DNA of 64,000 nucleotides, taken from assembly GCA_021613535.1 (NCBI GenBank), contig CP075495.1:12896001-12960000 (forward strand), given 5' to 3'. Below, one piece after another: positions 52,801 to 64,000 of this stretch. How positions within the stretch are numbered: the first letter of the stretch is position 1; every line of letters begins with the position of its first letter. A program made the translations under genes and the position numbers. The DNA comes from Adineta vaga. Taxonomy: Eukaryota > Animalia > Rotifera. Under the pieces are notes generated by a model. The model was not told the DNA's origin, made no database searches, and worked only from the letters and a program-made list of their open reading frames with translations.

Positions 52801-55629
52801 TCTTCAACCATTTGAGCATTACCGCGTCGTGCTGCATCAATCAATGCATGTAATGGAACACTTGTTGCTATGAATGTATCACTAACATGATCGACAACAG
52901 CTTTACGCAGCTAAGAAAATAAATGAGAAAGAAAAGGAATTAATCCAATGAAGAAATAGAATTTTTTTTTAAATGTCCAAGAAGAAGAATATTCTACCGA
53001 AGTTTGATTGTTTATAGTTGGAGCTATATATGAACACTCAATAGATTCACTTGATGATGATGGTGATGATGATTCTCGATACATTTTAACAGTAGTACTT
53101 GTATGTGTAGAATTGGAAGCATTAGCACACAGGTAAATATACATTTTTTCGTCGGGTTGATTTTAGTTATTACAATTTTATTACTGGAATGAATATGTGT
53201 CAGAAGAAGAAAAGTAGTTTTTGATAGGAATAGACGACGACGACGACTTATTCAATCAACGCTTGTATGTTAGTAATGTTGGCAATAACAATGATGATCA
53301 AAAGGTAAATGATACGAGAAAGACAACAATGGCAAGTATTTACGGTATTTAATATGTTCACTCTTAACAATTAGAAAGTATACTGAAGTGAACGTGCTGT
53401 CCTTTTACTTTTTCGTTCTCTTTTCTGTTCTGTTCTGTTCTATTGAGATGCCCATCTACTAGTTGGTCATTTATAATTGAGCACAAAGAATAGAAAGAAA
53501 AGAAGATCTTGATGAACAACAGGCAAAGAAATTAGTTCATTGTATTCGTACATCTATGTATATACAAAGATTGAGTATATATGTTTTTCTCTTTCTCTTC
53601 ATGTCTTGACCTCCAAAAAAAAAAGACGAGGGAGTAATCGATTAACAAACCTATTCTTTAATCGTGATCATAGAAACTAGAACATAGCTCGAAAATGATT
53701 TGTTTACCTGTTTCCGGAGGTCACGTGTTTTTATTTGCATTGCTTGGATTTTTGTATTAACATTATCTTCCGAACTTTTCTTTCGTGACTAAATACCGAA
53801 AGAAGAAAAAATCGTTTCAATAATTGCATGACATAATCATTGAATAAAGATTTCTTACATATTGAATATATTCATCGAGTAAATCTTGAAGAGCTTGTCG
53901 TACAGCATTACATTCAGTACAATTCGATCACGACGATCGTCACGTGTTGATAATGAATCGGCTAGTAATGCTGCACCTGATATAATACTTTCTAAACGTT
54001 CTTCTAATTGTGGTCGAATCATTTGTTCATTGAATTTCTGTGGTTTTATTACTATAAGACGCTAAAGAGAAAAGATTTATCAATTATTTTTTCTTTGGAA
54101 AAGAATTGTTTATGAAGAAAAATCTTACGTCAAATTCATTTAATGCTCGAGTCAAATCTCCCACTGTGCTTAATGATGAATCCAATTTTAATGTTTGGGT
54201 GGGCGGTACAGGTCGTCCTTGAGTTATTGACGAAATAACTCCGACTGCATCACGCACTTGATTATAAACAAAGTCTCGATTTTCGCGTGCATAAGGAATT
54301 TCCGGATGACGTAAATAAGCTTTTGATGCTGTTAATAACATCATTGATGTACGTTTTATTGTACCACGCGCAGCCGCTAAGCTTTCTTGTTCCATACGAT
54401 CAACTAAATCCTTGAAAGAAAAGAAAGAAGAAAACGTTTTACTTTCCTAATAAAAGTCATAAGATTTTACCTGTTGTCGACGTTGTGCATGTTGACTTAA
54501 ATCAATAATATCTTTACCATATTGTTTATAAAAATGAACTAATTCTTCTTGATTTGATGCATCATAAATACGTTGTAAATCATCTTCAACCTATTAGATA
54601 AAGTAAAATAAATGAAATGAACAACTTCTTTGAAAACATACTAAACGAATCGATCGTAAAATCAATTGTACATCAACAAGATCAGCTAAGATTAATAAAC
54701 GAGTAACTGATGTTAATAAAGCTCGTGCAGCAACAATCATCTGTTGACGTTTTGGTTTTGAACATGGATCATCAGCAAATTCTTTCGATAAAACAGCCAT
54801 TTCATCACCTTTTTTTTATGGTAATTATACAAAACAATCAATCAAACACAAGAAATCTCTATGAAAGATGTTTACCTGATCGTTTCACTTCTTCCATACT
54901 TTGTAATAAATCATTACGCATTTCAGGATTTTCATGAGCAATTTCATTTGCTTTGTTAATAAAATTGTCCGTGGCTTGAATAACATTTGCAACAAGTAGA
55001 TGAGCTCGCTTTGATCGACCTTTTTTCTTACTCGATGGTTGATCAGATATCAATGAAGTAACCTGAAAATAGTTTGAGTAGAACAACAGATTGAATTTCT
55101 CAATAAACAATTAATATTATCGATAAAACCAACGGACAACATCTGCTCGATTTCATTCATTTTAGTTTGTCACATATGTTAAATTTCAAGGTCATTTCTT
55201 TCTCTACATTGTTATAGAACTTTTCTATCAAAGACTTCTTTTGTAATACTAATCTCCATTTACATGTAACATATTTGAAGTATAAGAATAAATTCTATAA
55301 GAATAAATTTAAAACTTGTTTATTTAATTGTGCAGAATTCATCTAATCAATGAATAATTATTCTTTCCAGTTGAATAATTTTCACCTTCATCAAGCCACT
55401 TTTCCTATCTCTATATTGAATGTTCGTTTTTAAAAAGGAATCTATTATCTACACATCATTGATCACATGAACGTATTGATCAATGTAATAATTTAAACGA
55501 GACAAAAAAATTCTCTTGAAAATGATTGCTCACCTGTGCTACTAATGGATCTAATGTTCGTTGAACAGACCATGTTTTAATTTGTGTATCAGTTGGATTA
55601 TATTTCGTTCCATAAATATGAGTTGTCAT
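49816..55629 (-). CDS. CTNNA: Alpha-catenin; multi-exon, with an apparent 1-nt frameshift near 53918
   Basis: SVQRTLDPLVAQVTSL; KKKGRSKRAH; ARALLTSVTRLLILAD; LRKAVVDHVSDTF; FLAVSENHILED; KWDDRGNDIIVLAKKMCMIMMEMTDFTRGRGPL; IVQWKMRLPEKKPL...LSEF. Confidence 0.95.
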
Positions 55630-56572
55630 AATGATAGTTTATCGATTTAAAATATAAAAGCAATGCAAGACTCTTTCGATCGATCTTTTGCCTATTGAAA
55701 TGAAGAAAAAGAAATCATCAATGGCATTGTATTTAAAGGAAAGAAGGAAGAGAGAAAGAGAAAAATGAGAATCGATGGTTTGGTTCGATTTTTATTTTGA
55801 CCTACCATCTAATGAATAAATAAACATGTCAAAAGAAAACAGAACACTTGCCCTTTTTTTCTCACCAATCAAATTTTATCTTCAATTTTCTTATCATTGG
55901 TGGATAGATGTGACCTGTAAAAATGCCTTTTTGATGAGCGCAATACTACTTACTGTAATACGTATACACATGTTTTGTATACATCGATGTGATCCTTTTG
56001 TAATATAGTATTTATTTGTTTATTTCTTTAGTCTTCTCTTCTTTCGATTATCTAATATATGCATGTATCGATTCGATTTCATCGTTCTAAATTGTTTATG
56101 TCTTTAATTAGAGATTTCATTCGAAAAAAACACATGTGTCCTTCAAAATTTGAATGACATGTTTTTCTATATTCGAAAACTTTCGCTCGATTTGACTAAA
56201 TCAATATTTTTTCTAAATAGATTTGATATATTCAACAAAAAAACTAAAACTTTGTCAAGATTTCATTTCAACTGTCAGTGTTATTTCATGTTTTTTTTAT
56301 CTCAATGTTATCATAATAAATGAAGGTTGACCTTCGAAAAATCATTCACGAATATTAATCAGGGTTAAATTTAGTTTTGAATAATAATCAAAATTTTCCA
56401 ATGAAACCATTCTAGATTCTATATTATTTCATTATCTTATTCGTCGATGAGAAAAACCATGTCCTAATCTATGTTCACTAAAGCGTAACGAAACTGCGAT
56501 TCAATTAGGTATAGGAATATACAATTTTTTTTGCTGTTGTCGTTTTGTCAATGAATGATATTTTTTTAAAGA

Positions 56573-60003
<3,431 letters not shown>

Positions 60004-61110
60004 CGTTAAAGATAATAAAAAATGAAATGCTCTTTTTCTTCTTCTTCTTCTATATTTATCCTTTTTCTATTGAACGAAATATCGTGCTATGCGATTTATG
60101 TTTCAAACTAATTTATTACACTTTCTGTTTCTTTTTTTCTTCTTCTTTGTGTATAAACACACACACATACGTCTATATATATAAATCTATGAGATCAAAA
60201 GTAAAATATATGATGATGGTGATGACTGATTTGAATCTAATTCTTATTAACATATGCGTGCGATGGAATCGAAATTTTTGAAGAAGATAAAGAGTAAAAT
60301 CAATGATTAGCTTTTGAAAAGGAAGCACTTGAACAGTTTGATAAATATTCTTTCCATAAGTGTACGCGTGTGTCAGAGTGAGTGTGAGAGAGAGAGAGAA
60401 ACAAAGGTTTGCATTATTTTTCTATTATCAATATTCTTGCGTTATTTTCATTTGTCATTTCTTTTCTGTTTCTTTGTTCATTCCTTTTTGACCTTGTCTT
60501 TCGCTCTTCTTTGATGAAATAAACTTAAAAATAAAAAACAAAATGGACATTAATACTACAAATTCGATCAAAATTATATTTAGTCCTAACACGGTGTCAT
60601 CGATGAAGAGTAATATTCGAATCATTTTGTATGAAATAGAAATCGATGGATTTTAAGGTATAATCAAAATTATACATTGATATGCTGAGAATATCATAAT
60701 CTTCTATTTTTCCATTCAACTAATTAACGAATCAGTGTAAAACCGAGTAATATCTGCTATTTTTACTTTACAAGACAAGACAAGAAAGCATTTCGCTGTT
60801 CTTCACTAACTTCTTGTCGAATTGTATTTTCAGTCAATTATAGGAGACTTTCATCATTTCAATAACATTATGTTGAACCTTTGGTAGAGTGACTTAAGAT
60901 TTCAGTGTCTTTGCATTGCATGTCGATTTTTTGTTCTTCCTCAAACGGCATTCATATTTCATTGGTGAAAAACGAACCAATCATATTTATTTAATATAAA
61001 AACATTGCAACAAACGATCGATAGTACTTTTTGTTTTCAAGATTATCATCATCATTAGTTGTTTATTATTTTGAAAACTTAAATTTATAATTTTTCATGT
61101 AAAAATTCAG

Positions 61111-63651
61111 ATGGCCGAGAACAGTTCACAAGTAGTTGATCGTCATCATGATGTTAAGCAATGGCAACATTGTTCGTTATTTAATTTGGATTTATTTAAT
61201 GATGATAATGATCATCATCCGATAAATCTTACTAAAGATATTATTGATCATTCAACTACACATGAATATTATTGTTCAATTTCAACGCCAAATGTTGATG
61301 ACACATCAGGAAAACAACATTTTAATCATGCATGTCCATTTAATGTTCTACAAAAAAATTACACAACACAACTTGAACATGTCGCACAGAAATTATTAGC
61401 TACAGACAAAAATTCCTTTACAGATTACTGTTCAGTACATGAAAATAATGATACAAAAGGGCCATCATTGAATCAAAAGATTCTTCTTGGTTCAACAGCA
61501 ATCCTTGATAATTTTCTTCGCAATAATCTCAAAACTCCTTTACTGACAAACTCAATCAATTCTCCAACAGCACCACCACCACCTTCAGAAACAAATACAA
61601 ATTCATCATTCAAACTTACTTTTGGCAGCAGCAGTCAGCGAAGATGGCATTCCGAACGAGGTAATCGTCATCCAAAATTTCGTGCTAATTTGCCGTTAAC
61701 AAATCCACAACGACAAGTTCTTGAACGTTATATAAATTACCCATTAATTAAACCATCAACAACTATTTCTTCGACACATCGTCATGAACTTATAACAGGA
61801 AAAGTTATTGAAAATACAGGCACTGCTCTTTCAGCATTTGCTGAACAAACATTGAATGCAACAACTGAGAATGGTACTCATTCACGTCCACTTTCATCCA
61901 CATCATCAGCAGCAGCCGCTGTTTCTCATCATAGCATATTAAATAGACATTGTTCTATACCTGAGACAAATATTGATAATAAGTCAAATGAAGATTATCT
62001 TGCAGAAAATATTGATAATGAATCAATTTCATCTGAACTTGATCAAACAAGTGATGAAGAAACAGCTGAACTCGATGAAATTTTTAACCAGTCAAATTTA
62101 TCTAATCATCATTTGACATCATCCGAAACTTTATTAGAATGTCTTATTTGTTACGAATTAAAACGTCTTCAAAAACGAACATGTTGTGATTTTCTTGCTT
62201 GTTCCGCGTGTTTAAATTCCTATGTTGAACAACAAATCAAAGAAGGAATTATTCGTATTCAATGTCCAAATCAAGATTGTCATATTTACATGCATCGCGA
62301 TGAAATACATAAGCGTTGTTTATCACCTGAATTACGACAGAAATTTACACGATTTCTAATTGATAATAATCGTGCAATAAATATTAAAACATGTCCAAGA
62401 TGTTCGAACATTCATGAAATCGGTAAATGAAAAGATTGCAAAGAAAAATGAATTTGTTTGATGTAAGGAAAGTTTTATTTAGATCTTGAACTTTGTCGGT
62501 CAATGCGACGAGCACCGACGAAAGTTCAATGTGTGGAATGTAATTTAATCTGGTGCTTTCAATGTCATTCACCGTGGCATGATGGTATACAATGTAAAGA
62601 ATTTCGTCGCGGAGATCGAATGTTAAAAAAATGGGCACGAGAAGTTCATTATGGACAACACAATGCACAGCAATGTCCTTCTTGCAAAGTACAAATTTCT
62701 TCACTATTATTCTTTTCTTGACTTTCATTGTTTTGTTATTATGATTGAAGGTATATATTCAACGAACGAAAGGATGTGATCATATTGTTTGTCTTCGTTG
62801 TAAAACAGAATTCTGTTATAAATGTGGTGATCGTTTTCGAGATATAATCTTTATCGGTAGAACTTTCACTTTTTTCTTTCAAAACTTTGAGATTGATTTC
62901 ATTCGATATTTTCCAGGTGATCATTACAGCGAATTGAGTGTTCTCGGTTGCAAATATCGTTTTTGTCCCGATGATCCATTGAAACGTCGATTAATTCGTG
63001 GCTCAATTTTAGGAGGAAAAATCTTAGCTGCACCAGTACTTCTTTGTTTAGCAGTTGTTGCTGGAGCAGTTTGTGCTGGAATTGGACTTCCAACTTATTG
63101 TTGTCTTGCACTTGTTCGACAAATAAAAGTAATGATTTTCTTTAGAAAATTGAGAGATGTTTTTCTAAAGATTTGTGATTTTTTAGGCACGACGACGAAG
63201 ACGACATCATGCAAAATTAAAAGAACCTGTTTTGATGAGCTGTAAGTCATCGAATAAGAAATTCTTATTTTTATATTTTGATATGAATTAAAGATAAGAC
63301 ATTGAATACTATGGTTCCACAACTAATTCCACGTGAGCCAGTTAATATTATGGGAATGAAAGCCGGATTTAATTCTATTCGATCAAATATTCAAGATAAT
63401 CTCCAAATAGAAATTGATCCAACTAGCGATGCTCCCATTGCTGTTTTTGATGGTAACAATATTGTTTTATTCTTTCTTTCTCTCAAAATTTTTATTTATT
63501 TAGAATGTGATATAAATACTAAACTAAATCAACCAGGTATGTTTTCACGTTAATCATCAGACATATTCAAACTATTTTATCATTTGAACCTTTAGATTCA
63601 ATAATTTCATCTTCATTTACTTTTACACGATTAGATTTGGGTACTTCTTAA
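61111..63651 (+). CDS. RNF217: RBR-type E3 ubiquitin ligase, RNF217-like; multi-exon, C-terminal exon choice uncertain
   Basis: RING1 ECLICY...CCDFLACSACL...IQCP; IBR KTCPRC...VQCVECNLIWCFQCHSPWH; RING2 QCPSCKVYIQRTKGCDHIVC; RNF217-type GDHYSELSVLGCKYR...RRLIRGS followed by a TM segment. Confidence 0.92.
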
Positions 63652-64000
63652 GATTGACGACATCTTCACCTGATCGGTGAACTGTATAGGGGAAAGGATA
63701 GAAAATTTATCGGCTTATTCTCTTTAACAGATAGAATGACGGATAGAAAGCGGGCGCTTGTTTATAGACTAAATTAATACTAATTTGTAGCAAGATCAAA
63801 TAATTATATCCAAATAAGATTATTAATCATTTAATTACTGATGTTCTATAAATAGCACTCCCTTGAGGTAAGTGACATCATTCACAATGGCTTATTCTCC
63901 ACTTCCAGCTCTTGATGATTTATCTGTTCGTCAGTGGAACAACTTAACAGATGATTTAGAAAAAAATTATTGATTTTTGTTAACACGTTGGATTATTACA

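Overview
Eukaryotic (metazoan) genomic DNA. It is AT-rich (roughly 30% GC by eye) and gene-dense, with mostly 45-70 nt GT-AG introns. This architecture fits a bdelloid rotifer (Rotaria/Adineta-like); that assignment is inference, not proven. I assembled 18 protein-coding genes by hand: PDZD8, DYRK1/minibrain, an orphan RG-rich protein, an orphan secreted two-repeat Cys-peptide precursor, KDM3, acid lipase, hnRNP L, FBXO4, an orphan with AKAP-like and PP1-docking motifs, a short-spacer 4xEF-hand protein, Ran, SNRK, a DOMON-less DBH/MOXD-like monooxygenase, VAP, gamma-tubulin, alpha-catenin, cullin-2 and RNF217. A ~920 bp non-autonomous DNA transposon with ~190 bp terminal inverted repeats (TIRs) lies between two convergent genes. 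The most striking pattern is that many of the rare long introns hide candidate alternative exons: in-frame 15-27 nt microexons (three followed by (U)GCAUG Rbfox motifs), a poison exon in hnRNP L at the position of the human autoregulatory exon, two alternative tail-anchor exons in VAP, and alternative first exons that remove the DCAF7-binding motif of DYRK1 or the beta-catenin-binding domain of alpha-catenin. Alpha-catenin also carries a 1-nt frameshift. All exon structures are manual predictions without transcript data.
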